Assembly: GCA_964608965.1 (NCBI GenBank)
Contig: CAZSPZ010000013.1
Location: 20,697-44,696, forward strand
Source: an uncultured Oscillospiraceae bacterium
GTDB lineage: Bacteria; Bacillota; Clostridia; Peptostreptococcales; Anaerovoracaceae
Direction: 5' to 3'
Length of the DNA stretch: 24,000 nucleotides
The translations under genes were made by a program, and so were the position numbers. Positions 16,878 through 24,000 of the stretch are shown in pieces. The notes beneath the pieces were generated by a model. The model saw nothing but the letters and a program-made list of their open reading frames with translations. It was not told where the DNA came from and did not search any database. How positions within the stretch are numbered: position 1 is the stretch's first letter; every line of letters starts with the position of its first letter.

Positions 16878-16894
16878 GGAGTCGGACACCTGAA

Positions 16895-17191
16895 ATGATC
16901 ATACTTATGTACAGCGGCATCATGCTGGCCGGCATACTGATCGGAGCTAAATGTCACAGCATTCCAAAAGAAAGCAAGCTGCGCAGCGATGTGCAGTATG
17001 TTTTCCTCTTTACGCTGCTTTTTGTTTTGGGCCATCAGTTCGGAAGCGACGACGCGGTGGTGGAATCCATGTCGGAAATGGGAATTTACGGTGTCATTCT
17101 TTCGATAGCGGTCATGACGGGTTCTTTTTCGCTTGTTCTTTTTATAAGGACATGGACGGAAAGGAAGAAAGAGGATACCGGGCATGATTAA
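16895..17191 (+). CDS. LysO/YbjE (DUF340)-family membrane protein, short subunit
   Basis: 98 aa, three hydrophobic helices. Pairs with the next gene through an 8-nt overlap, as in split DUF340 systems of Firmicutes. Confidence 0.6.
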   Translation: MIILMYSGIMLAGILIGAKCHSIPKESKLRSDVQYVFLFTLLFVLGHQFGSDDAVVESMSEMGIYGVILSIAVMTGSFSLVLFIRTWTERKKEDTGHD

Positions 17192-17774
17192 ATATATGAT
17201 GCTGTGCCTTGTTGCCGGATTTACTGCCGGACGGCTTGACTGGCTGCAATGGCTGAACAGCTGCGGTAGCGTGATCATTACAATATGCCTTTGTTTCATG
17301 ACCTTCATTGCAAGTGTGGACATGGGTAAAAAAGATTTTATGGGGGAAGTGCGAAGGTCCGGCGCAAAAATCATCCTATACTCCCTTGCCACAATCGTCG
17401 GAACGTTGATCATGGCAGTGGTCATATCCTGGGTATTGCCTTTGAGCGCAAAAGATTGTCTTATTGCCGCATCGGGACTTGGGTGGTATTCTTTATCTAC
17501 AGGATTGGTGTTTGAGTATTCACCGTCTCTTTCCATCGTCACTTTCGTCGCATGTTATTTTCGGGAGTTCACCGCGATGTTTCTGATGCCTGTTTTATGG
17601 AAGAGATTTCAGACTCCCGAACTGGTCAGTATATCAGGCGCTGCGGCAATGAATCCCTGTATTTCCACAGCCACGATAACAGGAGATCAATTGCTCGTAT
17701 TTTACGGTATGGTCAGCGGGAGCATCATCTCGGTTTTCGTACCCGTTTTAGTTCCGTTTATGATAGCTCTGTAA
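17184..17774 (+). CDS. LysO/YbjE (DUF340)-family membrane protein, long subunit
   Basis: 196 aa, polytopic. SGLGWYSLSTGL and YFREF resemble the GWYSLSG / N..RE motifs of LysO (YbjE). Confidence 0.7.
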   Translation: MIKYMMLCLVAGFTAGRLDWLQWLNSCGSVIITICLCFMTFIASVDMGKKDFMGEVRRSGAKIILYSLATIVGTLIMAVVISWVLPLSAKDCLIAASGLGWYSLSTGLVFEYSPSLSIVTFVACYFREFTAMFLMPVLWKRFQTPELVSISGAAAMNPCISTATITGDQLLVFYGMVSGSIISVFVPVLVPFMIAL

Positions 17775-17796
17775 TACTTGAAAGAGAGGCTTCAAT

Positions 17797-19332
17797 ATGA
17801 TAACTCTAAAAGAACAGCAGAATAAAGTGCAAAGCATAATAAAAGATAAAACGCTGACACATGAACAGACCATGATGCAGCTGTCTTCTGCCGGAAGGGA
17901 TATTCTCGAACTTCCCGGCGACGCGCCCAAAAAGTTCTATAAATTGAAAGAAAAGGGCTGGGTCTGCGATTTAAACGAGGGGAAAGTGACGTACGTTCCC
18001 CGATATATCTTGCCCGACTATAATGTTTATATTGAAAAAGGGTGCAAATTTCTCAGATTGGATCCTCCGCAAGATCTGTACGAGGCTACGATGGGTTTGC
18101 TTGCCTTGTACCATCATGTGCCTTCTGTTACGCATTTCCCTGTATTTATCGGTAAATTGGATGAATTGCTGGAGCCCTTTGTACTGAAGGAAATAGAAGA
18201 ACAAGGAACAGAAAGCGCTTATAAGCTTATCAAGGGATTTTTGCGCCATATAGACCGGACGGTTACCGATAGTTTCTGCCACGCCAACATAGGCCCTTGC
18301 GCAAGCATGACGGCGGAGTTGGTTTTGAAAGCGGAAAGAGAACTGCAGGATTCCACACCGAATATCACTCTTCTTTACGATCCTAAAATCACCCCCGATG
18401 ATTTTGCCGTTTTATGCATTGAAACAGCGCTGGATTGCGCGAAGCCGAGTTTCGCAAAAAATGAAATGTTTCAATCCGAGCTCGGAGAAAAATACGGAAT
18501 CGCCAGCTGCTACAACGGGCTTCCCGTTGCCGGCGGCGCGTTTACGCTTTCCAGGTTGATTCTTGCGAAAATCGCCTACGCGTCTAAGGACAGAAAAGAA
18601 TTCTTATTGAAAAACCTGCCCGAAGCCATCGATACGATGTTGGCTTTTATGGATGCAAAAATCAAATTCCTCGTCGAGGAAACTCCTTTCTTTGCCTCGA
18701 ATTTTCTTGTAAAAGAAGGGTTTATAGACAAAGATCGATTCAACGGGCTTTTCGGTATGGTGGGCCTTGCGGAAGCTGTCAACGACCTGCTTCAAAAAGA
18801 AGGAAGCAGCGCACGTTTTGGCTACGGAACGGAAGCGGATGTCCTTGGCCTTGAAATCATGGATTTCATCGAAAGCAGAGTGCATGCCCATAAAAACGAA
18901 TACTGTCCTTTCTACAACAATACATTTATGCTTCATGCGCAGGTAGGCATCGACAGCGATACGGGAATCAGCCCGGGTACGCGAATTCCCATTGGACAGG
19001 AGCTCCCTCTGTACGAGCATATGCGCCATTGCGGGCTCTATCACAAATATTTCCCCTCCGGAACCGGAGATATTTTCCCCTTCGATTCCACTTCCACAAG
19101 AAATCCGGAAGCGATTCTGGACATATTCAAGGGTGCGTTGGAGTGCGGCATGCGCTATATTTCCACGTATACTTCGGACAGCGATGTCATCCGCATCACC
19201 GGATATCTTGTAAAACGTTCGGATATGAAAGCGCTGGAAGAAGCCGAGCCTGTCGTGAACGACACGGTGATTCTGGGCCTTGGGTCCGTTCAGAGAAGTA
19301 AAGTGGAAGAGCGAAAAGTAAGACATTTATAA
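17797..19332 (+). CDS. Compact glycyl-radical enzyme, YjjI (DUF3029)-like, substrate unknown
   Basis: 511 aa. C-terminal glycyl-radical fingerprint VIRITGY (Gly469, GGA 19201-19203). Candidate Cys loop LCIETA (Cys207, 18415-18417). Immediately followed by a PFL-activase-type radical-SAM gene. Confidence 0.65.
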   Translation: MITLKEQQNKVQSIIKDKTLTHEQTMMQLSSAGRDILELPGDAPKKFYKLKEKGWVCDLNEGKVTYVPRYILPDYNVYIEKGCKFLRLDPPQDLYEATMGLLALYHHVPSVTHFPVFIGKLDELLEPFVLKEIEEQGTESAYKLIKGFLRHIDRTVTDSFCHANIGPCASMTAELVLKAERELQDSTPNITLLYDPKITPDDFAVLCIETALDCAKPSFAKNEMFQSELGEKYGIASCYNGLPVAGGAFTLSRLILAKIAYASKDRKEFLLKNLPEAIDTMLAFMDAKIKFLVEETPFFASNFLVKEGFIDKDRFNGLFGMVGLAEAVNDLLQKEGSSARFGYGTEADVLGLEIMDFIESRVHAHKNEYCPFYNNTFMLHAQVGIDSDTGISPGTRIPIGQELPLYEHMRHCGLYHKYFPSGTGDIFPFDSTSTRNPEAILDIFKGALECGMRYISTYTSDSDVIRITGYLVKRSDMKALEEAEPVVNDTVILGLGSVQRSKVEERKVRHL

Positions 19333-19393
19333 TTCAGGAAGGGGCGATGGTATAATCGTCCCTTTTATAACGGTTTTTTAATAAGGAGAAAGT

Positions 19394-20125
19394 ATGCAAA
19401 AGGCCCCGATTGTTAAAATAATAGACATGAGCGTTGTGGACGGCCCGGGAAACAGGGCAGCTGTCTTTTTCCAAGGCTGCAATTTGAACTGCATGTACTG
19501 CCACAACCCCGAAACAATCGACCCCGAGGGCCGTCCGTCTACGCTGCGGGAGTTGACTGTCAATGAAATCCTGGACAGGGTGGCCGGCAATCTGCCGTTT
19601 ATTCGGGGACTGACGCTCTCCGGCGGGGAGTGTATGCTTTTCGAGGATTTTATCTATGACCTTTGCAGGGAAGCCAAGCGCCGGTTCGGGCAGAACTTCT
19701 CGTGCATGCTGGACAGCAACGGGAGCGTTCCGTTCGACAAGGTTCTGCCCGTCGTCGACGGCGTGATGCTGGACATCAAAGCCTTCGACGAGAGCGCCCA
19801 CCGGGCGCTCACCGGCGCACCCAATCAGAACATCCTTGCGCAAGCCGTCCGCCTGGCCCAAAACAGGAAGCTTTACGAAATCCGCACGGTCGTGCTTCGC
19901 GATTCAGAAGAGCCGGAAGCTTGCATCCGCGGGATTGCAGCGCTTCTTAAAGAGAAGCTGAGTACAGAAGATCTTTCTGCAATCCGGTATAAACTTATTA
20001 AGTACAGGCCCAAAGGAGTCCGCCCCGAATATGTGAAAGAATTGAAAGTTCCCACAGAAAGTCAAATGCAAAAACTCGCCGGTCTTGCGCTTCGGGAAGG
20101 CTTTGGAAAAGTGGAAATCGTTTAA
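19394..20125 (+). CDS. Glycyl-radical enzyme activating protein (radical SAM, PflA/YjjW-like)
   Basis: 243 aa. DGPGNRAAVFFQGCNLNCMYCHNPET with CX3CX2C at 19478-19501. LSGGEC SAM-binding motif. AAGGAG RBS at 19383-19388. Confidence 0.85.
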   Translation: MQKAPIVKIIDMSVVDGPGNRAAVFFQGCNLNCMYCHNPETIDPEGRPSTLRELTVNEILDRVAGNLPFIRGLTLSGGECMLFEDFIYDLCREAKRRFGQNFSCMLDSNGSVPFDKVLPVVDGVMLDIKAFDESAHRALTGAPNQNILAQAVRLAQNRKLYEIRTVVLRDSEEPEACIRGIAALLKEKLSTEDLSAIRYKLIKYRPKGVRPEYVKELKVPTESQMQKLAGLALREGFGKVEIV

Positions 20126-20183
20126 TCCGGATTTTACACTGAAACACTTATGTAATGCTGCTGTAATTTTTTTGTTAAAAAGA

Positions 20184-20212
20184 ATGTATTTTTTCTTGGC
20201 ATATTGTATAAT
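20184..20212 (+). promoter_or_regulatory. Possible promoter of the BMP/ABC transporter operon
   Basis: Consensus TATAAT at 20207-20212, but only a weak -35 (ATGTAT, 20184-20189) at 17-nt spacing. Tentative. Confidence 0.3.
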
Positions 20213-20252
20213 GCAATAAGAGTTATTCTTTATTACTTTAGGAGGAAAAAAC

Positions 20253-21260
20253 ATGAAAAGAGTCATCAGTATATTACTCGTACTGGCAATGGTCTTTGTA
20301 TTGGTAGGTTGCGGCGGCGGAGCTACAACAGATGGTTCCGCAGTTAAAATCGTTATGATTACCGACACAGGCGGGCTGGGCGACGAGTCCTTCAACGATA
20401 TGGCCTATGCAGGTTTACTGCAGGCTGCAGACGAGTTCGGTGTGGAATACAGCGTTCTTGAATCTGCTACCGCAGACGACTATGCACCCAATATCGCAGC
20501 CGCAGTGGAAGAAGGCGCGGACCTCATCGTTTGTGTTGGCTTCCTTCTGGGAAGTGTTGTTGCGGAATCCGCAGCGCAGTATCCAGATCAGCAGTTTGCT
20601 ATCATTGACAACGTTGTAGAACCCGAAAACGTCGCAGGACTTACGTTCAACGAACAAGAAGGTTCCTTCCTTGTTGGCGTTGCAGCCGGACTTACAACCG
20701 AAACAAACAAAGTCGGTTACATCGGCGGAATGCAGTTCCCAACCATCGAAAAATTCCAGTACGGATATCAGGCAGGCGTAAAAGCAGCTAATCCGGAAGC
20801 AGAAGTTTTCGTGGCTTATACCCAGTCCTTCGACGACTCCGCTGCAGGTAAAGAAAACGCATTGGCCCAGTACAACCAGGGCGCAGACGTTATTTATCAT
20901 GCTGCAGGCGGTTGCGGAATCGGCCTCATCCAGGCTGCACAGGAGCAAGGCTTCTGGGCAATCGGCGTGGATCAGGACCAGTCTTCTTTAGCTCCCGAAA
21001 GCGTACTCTGCTCCATGTTAAAGAGAGTAGACGTTGCGGTTTACAATGCTGTTAAATCTGTCGTAGAAGGCACATTTACAGGAGAAGACATGAACTATGC
21101 ACTGGATGTTGATGGCGTTGATATCAGCGACAAAGCCGGAAATGTTCCCGCAGATGTTTTAGAAGTAGTACAAGCTTGGAAGGCAAAAATTGTTGCCGGA
21201 GATTTCGAAGTTCCTTACGATGCTGCTACATTCGAAGCATTTGAAGTTCCCGAAATGTAA
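20253..21260 (+). CDS. BMP-family (PnrA/Med-like) ABC-transporter substrate-binding lipoprotein, probably nucleoside-binding
   Basis: Lipobox LVGCGG (Cys20, 20310-20312). ITDTGGLGDESFND, VGYIGGM and WAIGVDQDQ are typical of basic-membrane-protein family binding proteins. AGGAGG RBS. Confidence 0.85.
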   Translation: MKRVISILLVLAMVFVLVGCGGGATTDGSAVKIVMITDTGGLGDESFNDMAYAGLLQAADEFGVEYSVLESATADDYAPNIAAAVEEGADLIVCVGFLLGSVVAESAAQYPDQQFAIIDNVVEPENVAGLTFNEQEGSFLVGVAAGLTTETNKVGYIGGMQFPTIEKFQYGYQAGVKAANPEAEVFVAYTQSFDDSAAGKENALAQYNQGADVIYHAAGGCGIGLIQAAQEQGFWAIGVDQDQSSLAPESVLCSMLKRVDVAVYNAVKSVVEGTFTGEDMNYALDVDGVDISDKAGNVPADVLEVVQAWKAKIVAGDFEVPYDAATFEAFEVPEM

Positions 21261-21271
21261 TTTAGTCACCA

Positions 21272-21316
21272 TAGGCACGAGGTCGGATTCTTTCCGGTCT
21301 CGTGCCTACATTTTTT
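21272..21316 (+). terminator. Strong intrinsic terminator between the binding-protein gene and the ABC ATPase gene
   Basis: Stem TAGGCACGAG(GTCGG) / (CCGGT)CTCGTGCCTA: 10 perfect bp plus 5 more including two G-U pairs. Loop ATTCTTT, then TTTTTT (21311-21316). Confidence 0.75.
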
Positions 21317-21409
21317 AAGGGGCAGGGGAATTGAGGGATTAAGACTGTTTATGAAAATCATAGATAGACTTAATTCTTTAATTTTTATAAAGGAAGGCAG
21401 GGCATCATC

Positions 21410-22939
21410 TTGACAAAAGTTGTGGAAATGAAAAACATCTCAAAGGTGTTTCCCGGAACCGTGGCCAACGATCATGTAAATTTCGACCTCGAAAAAGGTG
21501 AGATTCATGTGCTTTTAGGAGAAAACGGCGCCGGAAAAACCACTTTGATGAACATTCTTTACGGCCTTTATCAACAGACTTCCGGCGATATTTATATCAA
21601 CGGTCAAAAAGAGAACATCAAGGGTCCGAATTCCGCTATCGCGCTGGGCATCGGGATGGTCCACCAACATTTTATGCTGGTGGAAAATTTTACTGTCACG
21701 GAAAATATCGTGCTTGGGCACGAGCCAAAAAAAGGCTTGCGTTTGGATATGAACAAGGCAAGGGATTCCGTCAAAGAAGTCAGCGACAGATTTGGACTGG
21801 AAGTGGATCCGGATGCGGTGATCGAAAATATATCCGTGGGACTTTCTCAAAGAGTCGAAATATTAAAAGCGTTGCATAAGGGGGCGGAAATCCTGATTTT
21901 GGACGAACCCACCGCCGTGCTTACTCCCCAGGAAATAGACGACCTCGGGGATATTCTGCATAACCTTACAAAAGAGGGAAAGTCGATTATCCTCATCACC
22001 CATAAATTAAAAGAAGTTTTGGGTATGTCCGACAGAGTGACCATCCTTCGAAGAGGAAAAGTCGTGGGAACGGTCAAAACTTCCGACACCAATGCAGACG
22101 AACTGGCGGAAATGATGGTGGGCCGGGAAGTGCAGCTTACTTCCGACAAGACGGAAAAACAGATCGGCGATGTCATTTTGGACGTGGAAAATTTAGTAGT
22201 GAGAGATCACCGGAAACTGCAAGCCCTTAAAGGTGTGTCTTTTCAGGTGCACGCAGGCGAAGTGCTTGCGATTGCAGGCGTAGACGGCAACGGTCAAAAG
22301 GAGCTTGTAGAAGCAATTACCGGCCTTACAAAAACAGAGAGCGGAAAGGTAAGCCTGTGCGGCAAAGACATTACCGGCGCAAAGCCAAGAGAGGTAATCG
22401 AAGCAGGCACGGGACACATTCCGCAGGACCGTCAAAAGAGAGGATTAGTCCTCCAGAGCAGTCTGTCGGAAAACCTTATATTGGGTTATCACTATAAGGA
22501 GCCTTTTGCAAAGAACGGCATCATGGATTATGATGCGATCACGCTGCACGGCAGAGCTCTTATCGAAGAGTTCGATATCAGAACGCCCGGCGAAAGCACC
22601 CACGCAGGCTCTTTGTCCGGCGGAAACCAGCAGAAAGTCATTATCGCCAGAGAATTTTTCAAAGATCCCCCGCTTTTGATCGCGGCCCAGCCCACAAGAG
22701 GTCTGGACGTGGGCGCCATAGAATTCGTTCATAAACGGCTTCTGGATCAACGCGAAAACAATAAAGCTGTCCTTCTGATCTCGCTGGAGCTGGATGAAGT
22801 TCTCAATCTGGCAGATAGAATCGCTGTGATCTATCAGGGACAGATTGTAGGTACGCTGGATGTAAAGGATGCAACCGAAAGAAAGCTTGGCATCATGATG
22901 ACAGGCGGTTCCCTGACAGAAGGGGGTGAAAAGCAATGA
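21410..22939 (+). CDS. ABC transporter ATP-binding protein with duplicated nucleotide-binding domains (CUT2/nucleoside-sugar type)
   Basis: 509 aa. NBD1 has Walker A GENGAGKT, signature LSVGLSQ and Walker B ILILDEPT. NBD2 has a degenerate GVDGNGQ plus LSGGNQQK. TTG 21410 or ATG 21428 as start. Confidence 0.9.
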   Translation: MTKVVEMKNISKVFPGTVANDHVNFDLEKGEIHVLLGENGAGKTTLMNILYGLYQQTSGDIYINGQKENIKGPNSAIALGIGMVHQHFMLVENFTVTENIVLGHEPKKGLRLDMNKARDSVKEVSDRFGLEVDPDAVIENISVGLSQRVEILKALHKGAEILILDEPTAVLTPQEIDDLGDILHNLTKEGKSIILITHKLKEVLGMSDRVTILRRGKVVGTVKTSDTNADELAEMMVGREVQLTSDKTEKQIGDVILDVENLVVRDHRKLQALKGVSFQVHAGEVLAIAGVDGNGQKELVEAITGLTKTESGKVSLCGKDITGAKPREVIEAGTGHIPQDRQKRGLVLQSSLSENLILGYHYKEPFAKNGIMDYDAITLHGRALIEEFDIRTPGESTHAGSLSGGNQQKVIIAREFFKDPPLLIAAQPTRGLDVGAIEFVHKRLLDQRENNKAVLLISLELDEVLNLADRIAVIYQGQIVGTLDVKDATERKLGIMMTGGSLTEGGEKQ

Positions 22940-24000
22940 AAGACAAGCTGAGATATCTTTGGAGTGTTACAAGACTTCCGATCATCGCGGTGCTTTTCGG
23001 CTTTATCGTCGGCGCAATTTGCATTGCAATCACCGGAAACAACCCTCTGGTCGCTTATGCCGCTTTATTTAAAGGCTCCCTTGGCAGTATTCCCAGTTTA
23101 GGGGAGACCATGTATAAGGTAACCCCGATATTGTTTACGGGTCTTGCGGCGGCGATAAGCTTTCGCTGCGGGCTGTTTAATATCGGCGCCGAAGGGCAAT
23201 ATGTCGTGGCATCGATTTCCACGGTCGCCGTTGCGTGGTTTGGACAAAATCTTCCGCATATCATATTGATCCCCTTGCTTTTAATTGTCGGCTTTGGCGT
23301 GGGCGGAATTTGGGGAGCATTGGCGGGTTTCTTTAAAGCGAAGAGAGGAATCAACGAAGTCATCAGCACCATCATGCTGAACTGGATCGCCCTTTTCATT
23401 GTCAATTATCTGGTTCGCGTGCCGCTCAGCCCGAATGTCCTTGCAGGAGAAACACCCGCAGGGCACACGGTCATCATACCGGACGTCGCAAAGCTTACAA
23501 AATTAAAGGAAATATTCCCCTCTTTCGGATATTCCTCTGCACATACAGGAATCATCATTGCCATCGCTGCCGCAGTGATCATGTGGTTCGTCCTCTTTAA
23601 GACAACACTAGGGTACGAAATCAGGACAGTAGGGCTCAATTCGTCGGCTGCAGACTATGGAGGCATCAGCAACGCCAAAAATACGATTTTGGCCATGTTC
23701 CTGTCCGGAGGTCTTGCCGGCCTTGGCGGTGCAGTGCAGATTTCGGGCCTTGTGTTTATGGTCAATCAGTCCTCGGTTTTGCCCGGGTATGGATTTATGG
23801 GCCTTTCTGTAGCCCTGGTGGGTTGTTCGCATCCTTTGGGGTGCATTCCGGCTGCTATACTGTTCGGTATCCTTGAAAACGGTTCCCGGCAGATGCAACT
23901 TGCCGGTATCCCAAGCGAAATTACCAGCATTATATCAGGTGTGATTCTTGTCTTTATAGCCGGCTCTTTGCTCATCAAAATTGTCGGTGATAAAATAAAA
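22936..24000 (+). CDS. ABC transporter permease (BMP/nucleoside-type), 3' end beyond the window
   Basis: ATG 22936 overlaps the ATPase TGA (ATGA). My own translation, MKDKLRYLWSVTRLPIIAVLFGFIVGAICIAITGNNP...FNIGAEGQY..., stays open in frame to position 24000 (355 codons). It is absent from the ORF track because no stop falls inside the window. Confidence 0.8.
   Translation, partial: MKDKLRYLWSVTRLPIIAVLFGFIVGAICIAITGNNPLVAYAALFKGSLGSIPSLGETMYKVTPILFTGLAAAISFRCGLFNIGAEGQYVVASISTVAVAWFGQNLPHIILIPLLLIVGFGVGGIWGALAGFFKAKRGINEVISTIMLNWIALFIVNYLVRVPLSPNVLAGETPAGHTVIIPDVAKLTKLKEIFPSFGYSSAHTGIIIAIAAAVIMWFVLFKTTLGYEIRTVGLNSSAADYGGISNAKNTILAMFLSGGLAGLGGAVQISGLVFMVNQSSVLPGYGFMGLSVALVGCSHPLGCIPAAILFGILENGSRQMQLAGIPSEITSIISGVILVFIAGSLLIKIVGDKIK

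Noticed and set aside
16878-16894. Looked for a lysine riboswitch or other leader upstream of the LysO-like genes.
   Set aside because: Only 17 nt separate the amidase stop from the start codon, so there is no room for a structured leader.
16859-17542. 227-aa minus-strand ORF spanning the amidase end and both LysO-like genes.
   Set aside because: The plus-strand products are coherent membrane proteins with family motifs and coupled starts. The minus-strand product has no hydrophobic or domain pattern and no RBS.
18604-19861. Long antisense ORFs 18604-19326 (240 aa) and 19334-19861 (175 aa) opposite the GRE and activase genes.
   Set aside because: The plus-strand genes carry the glycyl-radical and CX3CX2C signatures. 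The antisense translations have no recognisable motif. Long shadow ORFs are expected opposite codon-biased genes.
19904-20948. Minus-strand ORFs 19904-20395 and 20415-20948.
   Set aside because: They overlap the activase 3' end, an intergenic region and the BMP lipoprotein gene in antisense. They have no RBS or domain signal, and the first crosses a promoter-like AT-rich gap.
1-24000. Scan for CRISPR arrays, long tandem or interspersed repeats, IS elements and rRNA.
   Set aside because: No regularly spaced direct repeats, terminal inverted repeats with a transposase, or rRNA-like sequence were seen by eye. A computational repeat search would be needed to exclude short dispersed repeats.

Overview
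This looks like a chromosomal, mostly housekeeping segment of an anaerobic Bacillota (Clostridia-like) genome. That call rests on AGGAGG-type ribosome-binding sites (RBS), comEC-holA synteny, a copper-amine-oxidase-N-type cell-wall amidase and a glycyl-radical enzyme. I support 21 protein genes (20 on +, 1 on -), one tRNA, three intrinsic terminators and two to three sigma-A-type promoters. Gene order: class A PBP (5' end problematic) - membrane metallophosphoesterase - ComEC - HolA - EamA/DMT transporter - divergent fused Fe-S serine dehydratase - RlmN | mini P-loop NTPase - CoA-pyrophosphatase-type Nudix | (minus) ATC-hydrolase-family protein | split ChrA pair - orphan beta-class DNA methyltransferase | stand-alone tRNA | CuAO-N/Amidase_3 amidase - split LysO/DUF340 pair - YjjI-like glycyl-radical enzyme - radical-SAM activase | BMP-family lipoprotein - ABC ATPase - permease (runs off the 3' edge). 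I found no CRISPR array, transposase, integrase, phage genes or recognisable defence cassette. I cannot honestly claim a clearly novel multi-gene system. The least understood parts are: (i) the LysO-like/YjjI-like/activase module, (ii) the orphan methyltransferase with an extra C-terminal domain, co-transcribed with chrA, (iii) a self-contained tRNA whose anticodon loop has C instead of the universal U33, (iv) a 139-aa P-loop protein paired with a Nudix hydrolase, and (v) an in-frame TAA at the 5' edge of the PBP gene. All family assignments come from motif reading by eye. No database search was run.
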